From the NCBI GenBank assembly GCA_038212275.1, contig JBBQUR010000014.1, forward strand, positions 73,533-137,532: a stretch of 64,000 nt of DNA, written 5' to 3'. The notes beneath the pieces are model-generated. The model was not told the origin of the DNA and searched no databases. It worked only from the letters and a program-made list of their open reading frames with translations. The DNA is from Planctomycetota bacterium (GTDB taxonomy: Bacteria > Planctomycetota > B15-G4). The position numbers were made by a program, and so were the translations under genes. This document shows positions 8,026-19,588 of this stretch, one piece after another (the stretch's first letter is position 1; each line of letters opens with the position of its first letter).

Positions 8026-11000
8026 TCAGCTCTGCGTGCGATAGGCCTCGTCCACCGGTCGCAGCGGGCGATTGAACCAGAGCGGGCGGCGCAGCCCGGA
8101 CGGCCCCTTGCCGGGCCGCGTCCACGAGAGCCACTCGCGATAGACGGCCTGGCTCTTGTCCATGTCCACGACCACGTCGCCGTAGGCATCGTCGGGGCCG
8201 GCCTTCACGACGCGCACCTTCTGGTGCCAGCAGTGCATGCCCGACACGGGGTCGGGATGCACGGCGTGCGTGATGTTCTGGTGCACGCCGCCGTCCTTCC
8301 ACCAGATGCGGCGCGTGTCGGGGTCGGTGGTCTCGCCGGGCTGGGGCCCGGTCAGCGTGCGCATGCGCCAGCTCGAACCTTCCTTCGTGAACGCCACGGT
8401 GTTGACCGCCCAGCGATTCGCCTTCGGGTCCTGCTCGCGGCGCCAGCGCCCGATGTGGTGGCTGCAGCACACGACGCCTGGCCGCACCGCCTCCGTCACC
8501 CAGACGCGATCCACGAAGTGACCGATCTCGGTCTCCACGCGCAGCAGATCGTCGGTGATCACGCCGACGCGCGCGGCGTCCGACGTGTGCATCCAGATCG
8601 GGTTGCGGTGGCTGATCTCCGTGAGCCACTTGCTGTTGCTCGAGCGGCTGTGGATCAGATTGGGCAGGCGGAACGTCGGCAGCAGGCACATCTCGCCGCG
8701 TTCGCGGTCCAGGTTCTTCGGGTGCACGTGGCTGCGGATGTACGTCGGCACTGCGTACTCGGGCCAGCCCCACTCGGTCATCGTCGCCGAGAAGACCTCC
8801 TGGCGACCGGACGGCGTCGGGAAGCCCTTGCACGCGACGCCGTCCACCATGATGCCGAGCGTCGCGCCGTCGGCGCCGACGACGCGGCCGTCGTCCTCGG
8901 TGCGCGCCGCAGCCTGCACCGCTGCAGCGAGAGGCGTCTGGTGCTGCAGCAGCGCCGTCGTCTTCACCGCGAAGGCGCCGAAGCGCTTCATGTAGTCCAG
9001 CGGCGAGAGCTGCTCCTTGCGCGCGGCTTCCGGCAGGCCCGGCACGCGGTCGAAAATGTGGCCGTAGTAGTCGTCCACGCTGAGGCGCTGGCCCTTGCGC
9101 GCCGGGTCGGTGCTCTCGAAGTGCTTGCGGATGCCGAGCGAGCCGTCGGGATCGATCGCCCACGAGAGCGCGATCCAGAACTCGTCTTCCTCCCAGACCT
9201 CGCCGGGGTTGGCCTGCCACGTGAACTCGACGGGCCTGCCGAGGCGGCGCATGGCTTCGCGCAGCACGGGTTGGCGGAAGGCGATCCACACGCCATCGTG
9301 CGTCTCGTAGCTGTTGAGGTCATGGCGCTCGGGGCCGTGGCCCATCGGCAGCACGTAATCGGCGAGGAATGCCGTCTCGTTCCAAGTGGGCGTGAGGGCG
9401 ATGTGGCAGCCCACCTTCGCCTCGTCCGACAGCATCTCGATCCACGAGAAGCCGTCGGGATACGTCCACACCGGGTTGAAGACGCGCGTGAAGTAGGTGT
9501 CCAGCTTCCCGCGGCCCTCGCGCAGGAAGTGCGGCAGCAGAAAGGACATCTCGTAGTGGCAGAGCGGCCATTCCTTCGGGAAGTGCAGCTCGTTCCACAG
9601 GCGCTGCGCCGGCGGATTGTTGGGCAGCTCGGGCACGAACTTGTTCCAGCCCGCGGGCGAAGTGCCGCCCTCCGTGCCGACGCTTCCGGTGAGCACGGAC
9701 AGGAAGTGCAACGCGCGCGCGACCGCCCAGCCGCCGAGGTTGCCGCTGCCCGCCGCGCGCCAGGTGTGCGCCGCGAAGTGGCTGCCGGCCGCGCCGATGC
9801 GCCGCGCGACCGATGCGATCATCGCCGCATCGACGCCCGCCTCCGCCGCCGCAAACTCCGGCGTGTACGCCGCGTAGTCCTCGATCAGCAGCGCGATGAA
9901 GTCCTCGAAGCGGGGTGCGTCGCCGCTGCTGCCGGCGGATGCGCCGGTCGTGGCGCCGGTCGTGGCGCCGGTCGAGGCGCCCGTCGCGGCACCGGTCGCG
10001 GCACCGGTCGTGGCGCCGGTCGCGGCGCCGAGCGAGCCGTCGCGAGTTGCACTGCGTGCTGCGGCCGGCGCGGCGCGGGATGCCGCGTGCCCGGTTGCGT
10101 CGGCGGTCGCAGAGTGCACTGCGCCATGGCCGGCGCCGTGCTGCGCCGCGGCGCCGAGCGTGCCGTCAGCCTGCTGCGCGCGGCGGTACCGCAGATAGTC
10201 GCGCCAGTTCACCCAGTTCTCGACGAAATGGCGGTCGTAGAGCCCTTCGGACAGCAGCACGCGCGCCATCGCGAGCAGCACCGCGGCCTCGCTCCCGGGC
10301 ATCGTCGGCAGCCAGTACGTGGCCATGCTCGCGGTGTTGCTGAGGCGCGGATCCATGACGGCCATCTCGGCGCCGGACTGCAGGCCCTCCATGATCCGCT
10401 GCGCGTGCGGATTGAAGTAGTGACCGGACTCCAGGTGCGCGGAGATGAGCAGGATGAAGCGCGCCTTGCTGTAGTCGGGCGAGGGGCGGTCGTACTTCTG
10501 CCAGAGCCCGTAACCGAAGCGCGCTGCGCCCGAGCAGACGTTCGTGTGGCTGTTGTGACCGTCGATGCCCCAGGCCTTGAGCACGCGGTCCATGTAGCCC
10601 TCGTGGCCCGGACGGCCGACGTGATACACGACCTCGTTGCGCCGCTCCTCGCGCAGCGCCTTCGCGATGCGCCCGCCGATGTCGGCCAGCGCATCGGCCC
10701 AGCTCACGCGCTCCCACTGCCCGCTGCCGCGCGGCCCTTTGCGCTTGAGCGGATACAGGATGCGGTCGGGGTCCTTGACCTGGTTGATCGTGGCCGGACC
10801 CTTGGCGCAGGTGCGGCCGCGGCTCGCCGGGTGGCGCGGATTGCCCTCGAAGCGCGCGACGTCGAGCGTGTCCTTGTCCACGTAGGCGAGCAGGCCGCAG
10901 GCGCTCTCGCAGTTGAAGCACGTCGTCGGCACGAGCATGCGGCGACGGCGCACGCGCTCGGGCCAGCGGCCCGCGGCGTTCTCGAGCCAGTCGTCCCATT

Positions 11001-11139
11001 GCGACTCGGGCGGGAACGCGACGAGCCCGTTCGCGCCGGCGATGGACGGCAGGTCGGCCTCGCCACCGCCGAGGCGCGGTATGAGGCCGATGGATTCGGC
11101 CAGGCGTTCGACGAAGCGGCGCCGGTCCTTGAAGCTCAT
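8026..11139 (-). CDS. Molybdopterin (bis-MGD, DMSO reductase superfamily) oxidoreductase catalytic subunit
   Basis: FS0 motif TTCFNCESACG...CAKG, R.LYPLKR.GPRG.G.W.RVSW, DPRLSNTA, ETA.LADYVLP, C-terminal molydop-binding domain; ATGA coupling with the upstream gene. Confidence 0.93.
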   Translation of the reverse strand: MSFKDRRRFVERLAESIGLIPRLGGGEADLPSIAGANGLVAFPPESQWDDWLENAAGRWPERVRRRRMLVPTTCFNCESACGLLAYVDKDTLDVARFEGNPRHPASRGRTCAKGPATINQVKDPDRILYPLKRKGPRGSGQWERVSWADALADIGGRIAKALREERRNEVVYHVGRPGHEGYMDRVLKAWGIDGHNSHTNVCSGAARFGYGLWQKYDRPSPDYSKARFILLISAHLESGHYFNPHAQRIMEGLQSGAEMAVMDPRLSNTASMATYWLPTMPGSEAAVLLAMARVLLSEGLYDRHFVENWVNWRDYLRYRRAQQADGTLGAAAQHGAGHGAVHSATADATGHAASRAAPAAARSATRDGSLGAATGATTGAATGAATGASTGATTGATTGASAGSSGDAPRFEDFIALLIEDYAAYTPEFAAAEAGVDAAMIASVARRIGAAGSHFAAHTWRAAGSGNLGGWAVARALHFLSVLTGSVGTEGGTSPAGWNKFVPELPNNPPAQRLWNELHFPKEWPLCHYEMSFLLPHFLREGRGKLDTYFTRVFNPVWTYPDGFSWIEMLSDEAKVGCHIALTPTWNETAFLADYVLPMGHGPERHDLNSYETHDGVWIAFRQPVLREAMRRLGRPVEFTWQANPGEVWEEDEFWIALSWAIDPDGSLGIRKHFESTDPARKGQRLSVDDYYGHIFDRVPGLPEAARKEQLSPLDYMKRFGAFAVKTTALLQHQTPLAAAVQAAARTEDDGRVVGADGATLGIMVDGVACKGFPTPSGRQEVFSATMTEWGWPEYAVPTYIRSHVHPKNLDRERGEMCLLPTFRLPNLIHSRSSNSKWLTEISHRNPIWMHTSDAARVGVITDDLLRVETEIGHFVDRVWVTEAVRPGVVCCSHHIGRWRREQDPKANRWAVNTVAFTKEGSSWRMRTLTGPQPGETTDPDTRRIWWKDGGVHQNITHAVHPDPVSGMHCWHQKVRVVKAGPDDAYGDVVVDMDKSQAVYREWLSWTRPGKGPSGLRRPLWFNRPLRPVDEAYRTQS
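9941..10024. repeat. In-frame 12-bp tandem repeat x7 (GC[G/A]CC[G/C]GTCG[T/C/A]G) encoding GAAT/GATT units
   Basis: Seven consecutive near-identical 12-mers read directly from the sequence. Confidence 0.9.
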
Positions 11140-12767
11140 GACATCGGCACCATCTGCGGCGCGCGCACCCAGACGTCGTTGCGCATCACGAGCGACACGA
11201 GCGCGGCCAGCACAGCCACCCACCAGAATCCGAGCGAGCCCGGCAGCGGCCCCATCGGCAGCAACAGCAGCGCCAACAGGAGCACTGCAAGCGCCGCGCA
11301 GCCGACGAAGCCGATCCAGAAGCGCTTCGCGAGCGCGCCGGTGTGCATGAGCTGCGCGGCGCGCCCCGCCGCTGCGGTGCTGTGCGGCAGCGCGATCTCG
11401 GCCCACGCGAGCAGCAGGTCCGCCAGCAGCCCGGCGATGAGCAGGCCCGACGCCGTGAACATCAGGAGAGTGCGCGGATCGAGTTTGTCCGGGCCCGGCG
11501 TCACGAGTGGCAGCATGCACAGCAGGTACGTGGCCGCGCCGCCCGCGACGGCCGCGTGCACGAGCATGTGCAGCGGCGCGAGCGGGCTCTGCCACAGGTC
11601 ACGGCCCTTGGCCTGCGCGAAGAGGAAGGCCGTGTAGATCGCCGTCGGGAAGCACAGCGCCAGCGTGACCCACGCCAGCACGGCCTGCGCGGTTCCCCAG
11701 TTCATCCACACCGACAGCAGCCACGCGGAACTCGTCGCGCCCAGCGCGGAGAGAATCCACGCGCCGCGCACGAGCCAGCTCCGCGGATTGCCGCGCAGCA
11801 GCACGTAGAGGAAACGGTCGGGGCGATCGAGATCCGCGACGAGCAGCGCGCCGGTCGCGGCCTGCATGAGGAGCGAGAGCAGGCCGGCGGCGATCAGGGT
11901 CTCGCGCGGCACCTCCACGCCCAGCACGAGCAGCGCGAGCAGCGGCACGAGCAGCACGCCAGCCGCGACGGCCTTCGTGGAGAGATAGGCGGACACCTCC
12001 CAGCCCCACAGCGTGCCGTTCTTCGGCGCGTCGTAGACCTTGCGCGGAATGCCCTTGCCGGCGCCCGCACCGTCGGCGCCGAGGAAGCCCGCAACGCCGA
12101 GACCCGCGAGCGGGCGTTCTTCGGCCGTGCTCGTCGCGCAGCCGTGCCGGTCCGGCTTGCTCTCCACCGCGATGCTGCGCGGCTGGTTGTCGGTGGCCAG
12201 CGGCTCGAGCGCGGAGCGGTCGCCGTCGATGTAGTAGAGCGACGGCGAGGTGCCTTTCTCCGGGCGCCGCACCTGCACGGGTTGCGTGGCGAGCAGCTGG
12301 CTGATGAAGCTGCCCGCGTCCATCACGTCGCCGGAGACGATGGCCTGCTCGGGGCACGCCACGACGCACGCCGGCTGCAGGCCGCGGTCCACGCGGTGGC
12401 TGCAGAAGTTGCACTTGGCCGCCGTGTGGCTGTTCGGGTCGATGTACAGCGCGTCGTAAGGGCAGGCCTGCATGCAGCCCTTGCAGCCGATGCAGCGCCG
12501 GTTGTCGAAGTCCACGATGCCGTCGTCGCGCGTGTAGAGCGCGGAGGTCGGGCAGATCTCCGTGCACGGCGCATCCGCGCAATGGTTGCAGCGCATGACG
12601 TGAAAGGAGCGGCGCACGTCCGGGAAGTCGCCGGTCTCCACCTGCTTGACCCAGGTGCGGTTCACGCCGATGGGCACGTCGTGCTCGGACTTGCAGGCCA
12701 CGGTGCACGCGTGGCAGCCGATGCACTTGCGATTGTCGATCAGGAAGCCGAAACGAATGGGAGGCAC
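11136..12767 (-). CDS. Fused 4Fe-4S dicluster (NrfC/PsrB-like) and NrfD/PsrC-like membrane anchor
   Basis: CIGCHAC..AC, CNHC..APC..ICP, CIGCKGCMQACPY, KCNFC...PACV..CP; then WGWEV..YL, DL.RP.RF and about 8 TM helices. Confidence 0.93.
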   Translation of the reverse strand: MPPIRFGFLIDNRKCIGCHACTVACKSEHDVPIGVNRTWVKQVETGDFPDVRRSFHVMRCNHCADAPCTEICPTSALYTRDDGIVDFDNRRCIGCKGCMQACPYDALYIDPNSHTAAKCNFCSHRVDRGLQPACVVACPEQAIVSGDVMDAGSFISQLLATQPVQVRRPEKGTSPSLYYIDGDRSALEPLATDNQPRSIAVESKPDRHGCATSTAEERPLAGLGVAGFLGADGAGAGKGIPRKVYDAPKNGTLWGWEVSAYLSTKAVAAGVLLVPLLALLVLGVEVPRETLIAAGLLSLLMQAATGALLVADLDRPDRFLYVLLRGNPRSWLVRGAWILSALGATSSAWLLSVWMNWGTAQAVLAWVTLALCFPTAIYTAFLFAQAKGRDLWQSPLAPLHMLVHAAVAGGAATYLLCMLPLVTPGPDKLDPRTLLMFTASGLLIAGLLADLLLAWAEIALPHSTAAAGRAAQLMHTGALAKRFWIGFVGCAALAVLLLALLLLPMGPLPGSLGFWWVAVLAALVSLVMRNDVWVRAPQMVPMS

Positions 12768-12912
12768 TCCGCGACGCGACGGACTCTGGCCACCGGCTCG
12801 CCCGAGTGGTCGGTGATGGCGAGCCGGAACTCTATCAAGCGGAGGCGCCTGACAGCGCGATCGTGTTTGCGCCCCGCACCGCCTCCGCGGTCAGCTTGGG
12901 CGGGTGCTGCGC

Positions 12913-14088
12913 TCAGGCCTTCGCCTTCGCGGACTCCAGGAAGCCGGCGAAACGCTTGAGCGCCTCGCGGATGTTCTCGACCGAGTTGGCGTACGAGAAA
13001 CGCAGGAAGCCGTCGCCGTGCGCGCCGAAGGCCGTGCCGGAGAGGCACGCGACGCCGGCCTCGTCCAGCAGACGTGACGCGAGCACCTTGCTGGAGAAGC
13101 CCGTGCCGCGGATCTCGGGGAAGGCGTAGAAAGCGCCCTCGGGCTCGACGCAGTGCACGCCGTCCAGCGCGTTGAGCCCCGCGACGATCACGTCGCGCCG
13201 CTTGCGGAATTCGCCGACCATGTGATCCACGCTGCCCTGCGGGCCGTTCAGCGCCTCGACGCCGGCCATCTGCGTCATCGCGGCCGTGCAGCTCGTCGCG
13301 TTGGTCTGCAGGCGCGCCATGACCGGCACGAACTCCGTCGGCATGATGCCGTAACCGAGACGCCAGCCTGTCATGGCGAAGGTCTTGGAGAAGCCGTCGA
13401 GCACGACCGTGCGCTCGGGGTCGGACCACTTGAGCAGCGTGTGGTGTTCGAAGCCGTAGGTGATCCGGCTGTAGATCTCGTCGGAGAGCACCCAGAGGCC
13501 GTGCTTCGCCGCGAGCTTGCCCACGGCCGCCAGGTCGTCGGCCGTCAGCATGCCGCCGGTCGGGTTCGCCGGCGAGTTGACGATGAGCAGCCTGGTGCGC
13601 GGCGTGATGAGCGACTCCAGCTCCGCAATGTCCACGCGGAAGTGGCGGTCGACGCGCAAGGGCAGCGGCACCGCCTTGGCGCCGCAGTAGTTGATCATCG
13701 ATTCGTAGATCGGAAAGCCCGGATTCGGATAGATGGCCTCGTCGCCGGCCTCGAGCAGGGCCAGGCACATGAAGAACATGCACGGCTTGCCGCCGGGGAA
13801 GACGACGACCTGCTCGCCCTTTACGGGGACGCCGCGACGACGCGTGAAGTCCGCCGCGATCGCCTCGCGCAGCGCCGGCAGGCCTGCGGACGGTCCGTAG
13901 TGCGTGAAGCCCTTGCCGAGCGCATCCTGGCCAGCCTTCACGATGTTGGCCGGCGTGTCGAAATCGGGCTCGCCGATCTCGAGGTGCACGACGTTCCTGC
14001 CCTGGGCCTCGAGGGCGCGGGCGCGGGCGAGAACTTCAAAGGCCGTCTCGGTGCCGAGACGGGACATGCGGCTTGCGAGCTTCATCAT
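12913..14088 (-). CDS. PLP-dependent class I/II aminotransferase (aspartate aminotransferase-like)
   Basis: GEPDF, NSPANPTG, SDEIY, DGFSKTFAMTGWRLG, GAFYAFP, LRFSYA. Confidence 0.95.
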   Translation of the reverse strand: MMKLASRMSRLGTETAFEVLARARALEAQGRNVVHLEIGEPDFDTPANIVKAGQDALGKGFTHYGPSAGLPALREAIAADFTRRRGVPVKGEQVVVFPGGKPCMFFMCLALLEAGDEAIYPNPGFPIYESMINYCGAKAVPLPLRVDRHFRVDIAELESLITPRTRLLIVNSPANPTGGMLTADDLAAVGKLAAKHGLWVLSDEIYSRITYGFEHHTLLKWSDPERTVVLDGFSKTFAMTGWRLGYGIMPTEFVPVMARLQTNATSCTAAMTQMAGVEALNGPQGSVDHMVGEFRKRRDVIVAGLNALDGVHCVEPEGAFYAFPEIRGTGFSSKVLASRLLDEAGVACLSGTAFGAHGDGFLRFSYANSVENIREALKRFAGFLESAKAKA

Positions 14089-14142
14089 CCCGGCAAGGAT
14101 AGGTGGCCCCTTTGCGGGCGGTCAACACGTCAGCTGGCTGGC

Positions 14143-14226
14143 GCGCTGGCCGACACGCCGGCCTGCACGCCTGCCGACGCGCTTGCCGACACGCTGGTCG
14201 ACTCGCTGGCCTGCACGCTGGCCGAC
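14143..14226. repeat. Intergenic 12-bp degenerate tandem repeat x7 (consensus ACGCTGGCCGAC)
   Basis: gcgctggccgac acgccggcctgc acgcctgccgac gcgcttgccgac acgctggtcgac tcgctggcctgc acgctggccgac. Confidence 0.85.
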
Positions 14227-14294
14227 TCCCAGGAATGGCAGTCGGGAGCGGCATGCTGGATCGGCGTCCGGCGGCGCTCCAGAATCGCGGACGC

Positions 14295-15548
14295 ATGCCG
14301 TCGCCCGAGAGTCCCGCCGCGCCGCATGCTGCCGCCGGCGCACACGCGGCGTCGCTGCGCCTGTTCCGCGCCTACGTCGCGCTGACCTTCGCCTTCGCCT
14401 GGGTGCCGGTCATGTACACGGCCTTCACCGTGGACAAGGGCTTCTCGCCGGCGCAGTACCTGCAACTCTGGTCGCTGTACTACGCGACCATGGTGCTGGC
14501 CGAGGTGCCCTTCGGCTGGGCCGCGGACCGCTGGGGCTGCCGGAGGCTGCTGCTCGCGGGGCCGTGCGTGCTGGCCGGCAGCTTCGTGCTGCTGGACGCC
14601 GCGCACAGCTTCACCGCGGCCGCCGTGGCGATGGTCGTCATCGGCGTGGGCCACGCGATGATCTCGGGCGCCGACTCGGCCTGGCTCTACGACCACCTCG
14701 TGGCGACCGGCCGGCGAGACCAGGCGCTGCACGAAGAGACCGTCGCCCACCGCTGGCGCCTGCTGGGCGTCTCGGTGCTGGACGTCGCGGGCGGTTCGAT
14801 CGCTTTCTGGTTCGGAACCTCGGCCGCCTTCCGCCTGAGCGTCGCCGTCATGGTGGGGGCGGCTTTCCTCGCCTGGCGGCTGCCCTCCCCCGGCTCCCTG
14901 CCCGCCACGCATGCAGGGCCCCTCGCACTGCGGACGCTGCCTTCATGGGGCGGCACGCGGCGCGCCCTGAGTCAGCGGGGCGTCGGCTGGATCCTCGGCT
15001 GGTATCTGGCTGTCTTCGTGCTGCTGCGCCTGGGCTTCCAGCTCTACCAGCCCACGCTGCTGGCACTCGGCGAGCGCGACCTGCGGCTGCACGGTCTGCT
15101 GCTCGGCGGGCTCAACCTCGTGGCCGGACTGGCCGCGCTCTTCGTCGTGCGCGTGCACGCCCGGCTCGGCGAACGCGCCACGGCCGTCCTCGTGCTGCTC
15201 ATGCTGGCGGCGTCCTTCAGCGGCCTTTCGTGGAACGTGGCCCTCGCGATGCCCTGGTTGTGCTGCCTGCAGCAGGTGGCCTTCGCGTTTCTCCAGCCTG
15301 TCGGGCGCACCGCTCTCAACCGCCGCATCGCCGGTGGTGAACGCGCCACCCTGCTCTCGGTGCAGAGCATGCTCGCCCGCCTGGCCACCGCGGCGGCGCT
15401 TGCCTTCGGTCCGTGGCATGCCGCGCTCGACCAGAAGCTGCCGACCACGTACCGCACCCTCGCGCTGCTCTCGCTGCTGGGCGCGCTGCTCTTCCACGCA
15501 ACGCACAAGCCGCGCGCCTCCGCACTTGAAACCGCCCCACCCGGCTGA
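14295..15548 (+). CDS. MFS transporter
   Basis: EVPFGWAADRWGCRR (motif A), SGADSAWLYD, about 12 hydrophobic segments, ERATLLS. Confidence 0.9.
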   Translation: MPSPESPAAPHAAAGAHAASLRLFRAYVALTFAFAWVPVMYTAFTVDKGFSPAQYLQLWSLYYATMVLAEVPFGWAADRWGCRRLLLAGPCVLAGSFVLLDAAHSFTAAAVAMVVIGVGHAMISGADSAWLYDHLVATGRRDQALHEETVAHRWRLLGVSVLDVAGGSIAFWFGTSAAFRLSVAVMVGAAFLAWRLPSPGSLPATHAGPLALRTLPSWGGTRRALSQRGVGWILGWYLAVFVLLRLGFQLYQPTLLALGERDLRLHGLLLGGLNLVAGLAALFVVRVHARLGERATAVLVLLMLAASFSGLSWNVALAMPWLCCLQQVAFAFLQPVGRTALNRRIAGGERATLLSVQSMLARLATAAALAFGPWHAALDQKLPTTYRTLALLSLLGALLFHATHKPRASALETAPPG

Positions 15549-15562
15549 AACCATCAGCCGGA

Positions 15563-16753
15563 ATGAGCACACACCGCTTCCTGCCCGCGCTGATCGCCGC
15601 GCTCCTCATCGTGGCGATGGGTGGATGCTCGGCGCCTTCGAGCTCCAGGAGCAGCGCCTCGACGCCCTCCAGCAAGACGGTTGCCGCGATGGAGAAGCTG
15701 CTCGGCTCCGGCCGGCACGCGGAGGTCATCGACGGCGTCGAAGCCAGGCTGCCCGAGACGCGCGACCCGGTGCAGCGCGCGCAACTGGAAACACTGCGCG
15801 CCCGTGCGTTGCTCGCCGATGGCCGCGCGCGCTCAGCCCTGCTGTCGTTCCAGCGCGCCGAGCGCGAGCTGACGCGCCCCGACGCCGACGTGCTCCGGCA
15901 GATTCTGCAGGGCGAGGGTGATGCGGAGATGGCGTTGTCGCACTGGCGCGTCGCCATTCAGAACTACAGCAAGGCGCTCAAGATCGACGGGTTGTCGACT
16001 CGCCAGCGCGATGACCTCGCCTACTCGGCTTACATCGCGGCCTATCAGGCGGGCGACTCCTCGGTCTCCACGTGGCGCTCGCGCGTCAGGCTCTTCTCGG
16101 CCGATCGCGTCGCGACGCTCGAGAAGCGGCTCCTGCGCCTGCCGGAGCCGCCGCCGCCCGCGCCGCTCCTGGTGGTCGCGCCGGTCGTGGCTCCCGGGCA
16201 GATTCCCTCGGACCCGCAGGTGCTGCTCAAGGAGATTCACCGTCGCGGCGAATGGGGCGCCCGTCCGATCACCGGCTCGTTCGACCCGATGAAGCCGATC
16301 ACGCGCATCACGGTGCACCATTCCGCGGAGGTGACCAACGCCGAGTCGAACGCCGCGGTCGGCAGCGACCTGCGCAACATGCAGGCCAGTCACCAGACCG
16401 GCAACAAGTGGGCCGACCTCGGCTATCACTTCGTGATCGATCCGAGCGGCGGCATCTGGGAAGGCCGCGCGCTCAAGTGGCAGGGCGCGCACGAAGGCGC
16501 TGGACTCAACCAGGGCGCCATCGGCATCTGCCTCATGGGCAACTTCGAGACGCAGCCGCTGCCGAGCGCACAGACCGCGGGCCTCGCGCGCCTGCTCGAC
16601 GTGCTGTGCAAGCACTTCCGTGTCGATGCCGCGCACATCAAGACGCACCGCGAGGTGCGTCAGGAGCCGACCGACTGTCCCGGCGCGCCGCTGCAACGCT
16701 GGGTCGACGACTACCGTCGCGCGCATTCCTCGGCGGCCGTCGCGCGGAAGTAA
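15563..16753 (+). CDS. Lipoprotein with TPR-like N-terminus and PGRP/Amidase_2 N-acetylmuramoyl-L-alanine amidase domain
   Basis: Lipobox MGGC; RGEWGA, ITVHHS, W.DLGYHFVID..G.IWEGR, GAH, IGICLMGNF, HREV, TDCPG (zinc ligands intact). Confidence 0.9.
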   Translation: MSTHRFLPALIAALLIVAMGGCSAPSSSRSSASTPSSKTVAAMEKLLGSGRHAEVIDGVEARLPETRDPVQRAQLETLRARALLADGRARSALLSFQRAERELTRPDADVLRQILQGEGDAEMALSHWRVAIQNYSKALKIDGLSTRQRDDLAYSAYIAAYQAGDSSVSTWRSRVRLFSADRVATLEKRLLRLPEPPPPAPLLVVAPVVAPGQIPSDPQVLLKEIHRRGEWGARPITGSFDPMKPITRITVHHSAEVTNAESNAAVGSDLRNMQASHQTGNKWADLGYHFVIDPSGGIWEGRALKWQGAHEGAGLNQGAIGICLMGNFETQPLPSAQTAGLARLLDVLCKHFRVDAAHIKTHREVRQEPTDCPGAPLQRWVDDYRRAHSSAAVARK

Positions 16754-17664
16754 TCCAGCACGTCGCGCAGCGTGTCGCGCAGCACGCGCTGCGGAACGAA
16801 GCCGGTGTCGCGACGCAGCGTCTCCCCGCTTCCCAGGAAGACGGGCATGTCGAGCGCGCGCATCCGCGAGGGATCCTGCTCCACGCGCACATCCACCGTG
16901 CTGAGAGAGAGCAGCGTGTCCAGGATGTCCCTCATCACGACCGCGCGCCCGCTGCACACGTTGTAGGTCGCGTCGGGGCGCCCTGCCTGCGCAGCCAGCA
17001 CGTAGCCGACGACCGTGTCGCGCACGTCGAGCAGGTCGCGCCGCGCCTCCAGATTGCCGACGCGCAGCACCGGCTCCTGCAGCCCTTGCTCGATGCGTGC
17101 GACCTGCTGCGCAAAGGCGCTGGCCACGAAGTCAGGCGACTGCCCCGGCCCCACGTGATTGAAGGGCCGCAGGATCACGACGGACACGCCGCGGGCGCGG
17201 GCGTGGTGACCGGCCATCTCCGCGGCGGCCTTGCTCACGGCGTAGACCGTGGTCGGCGCAAGCGGCGCGTCTTCGGTGACGGGCAGCGCGGCCTCCGTCA
17301 CGCGTCCGTAGACCTCGGCGCTGGAGACGAGCAGCACGCGCGTGGCCGGCGAAGCCGAGACGCAGGCCTCGAGCACGGCGCGCGTGCCGCCGAAGTTGAC
17401 CGCGAGGCACGCGTCCGGCGCCTGCTCGGCCTTGCCCACGTGCGCGAAACCCGCAAGGTGGAACAACCAGTCGGGTCGCAGCTGCCCGATGAGCGCGCGA
17501 CACGCGGCCGCGTCGGTCACGTCGAGGAGATGATGCCGCGCCGCGTCGGTCGGCTTCTCCACGGAGTGCAGGTCCGCGGCGTGCGCCTCGTGGCCCGCCG
17601 CACGCAGCGCGTCGAGCAGGTGGCGGCCGGCGAATCCGGCGCCCCCGGTGACGAGCGCGCGCAC
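16711..17664 (-). CDS. NAD(P)-dependent SDR, GDP-4-dehydro-6-deoxy-D-mannose reductase (Rmd)-like
   Basis: TGGAGFAG, YAVSK, RPFNHVGPGQ, GNL...RDLLDVRD; directly downstream of gmd. Confidence 0.8.
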   Translation of the reverse strand: MRALVTGGAGFAGRHLLDALRAAGHEAHAADLHSVEKPTDAARHHLLDVTDAAACRALIGQLRPDWLFHLAGFAHVGKAEQAPDACLAVNFGGTRAVLEACVSASPATRVLLVSSAEVYGRVTEAALPVTEDAPLAPTTVYAVSKAAAEMAGHHARARGVSVVILRPFNHVGPGQSPDFVASAFAQQVARIEQGLQEPVLRVGNLEARRDLLDVRDTVVGYVLAAQAGRPDATYNVCSGRAVVMRDILDTLLSLSTVDVRVEQDPSRMRALDMPVFLGSGETLRRDTGFVPQRVLRDTLRDVLDYFRATAAEECARR

Positions 17665-17665
17665 G

Positions 17666-19576
<1,911 letters not shown>

Positions 19577-19588
19577 TCACGCTTCGGT

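Noticed and set aside
8026-11139. Formate dehydrogenase or selenoprotein assignment
   Set aside because: No in-frame TGA and no FDH-type (C/U)H ligand motif
12768-12912. Moco riboswitch upstream of the molybdoenzyme operon
   Set aside because: Only a 10-bp hairpin (12793-12827) is visible; no recognisable Moco motif
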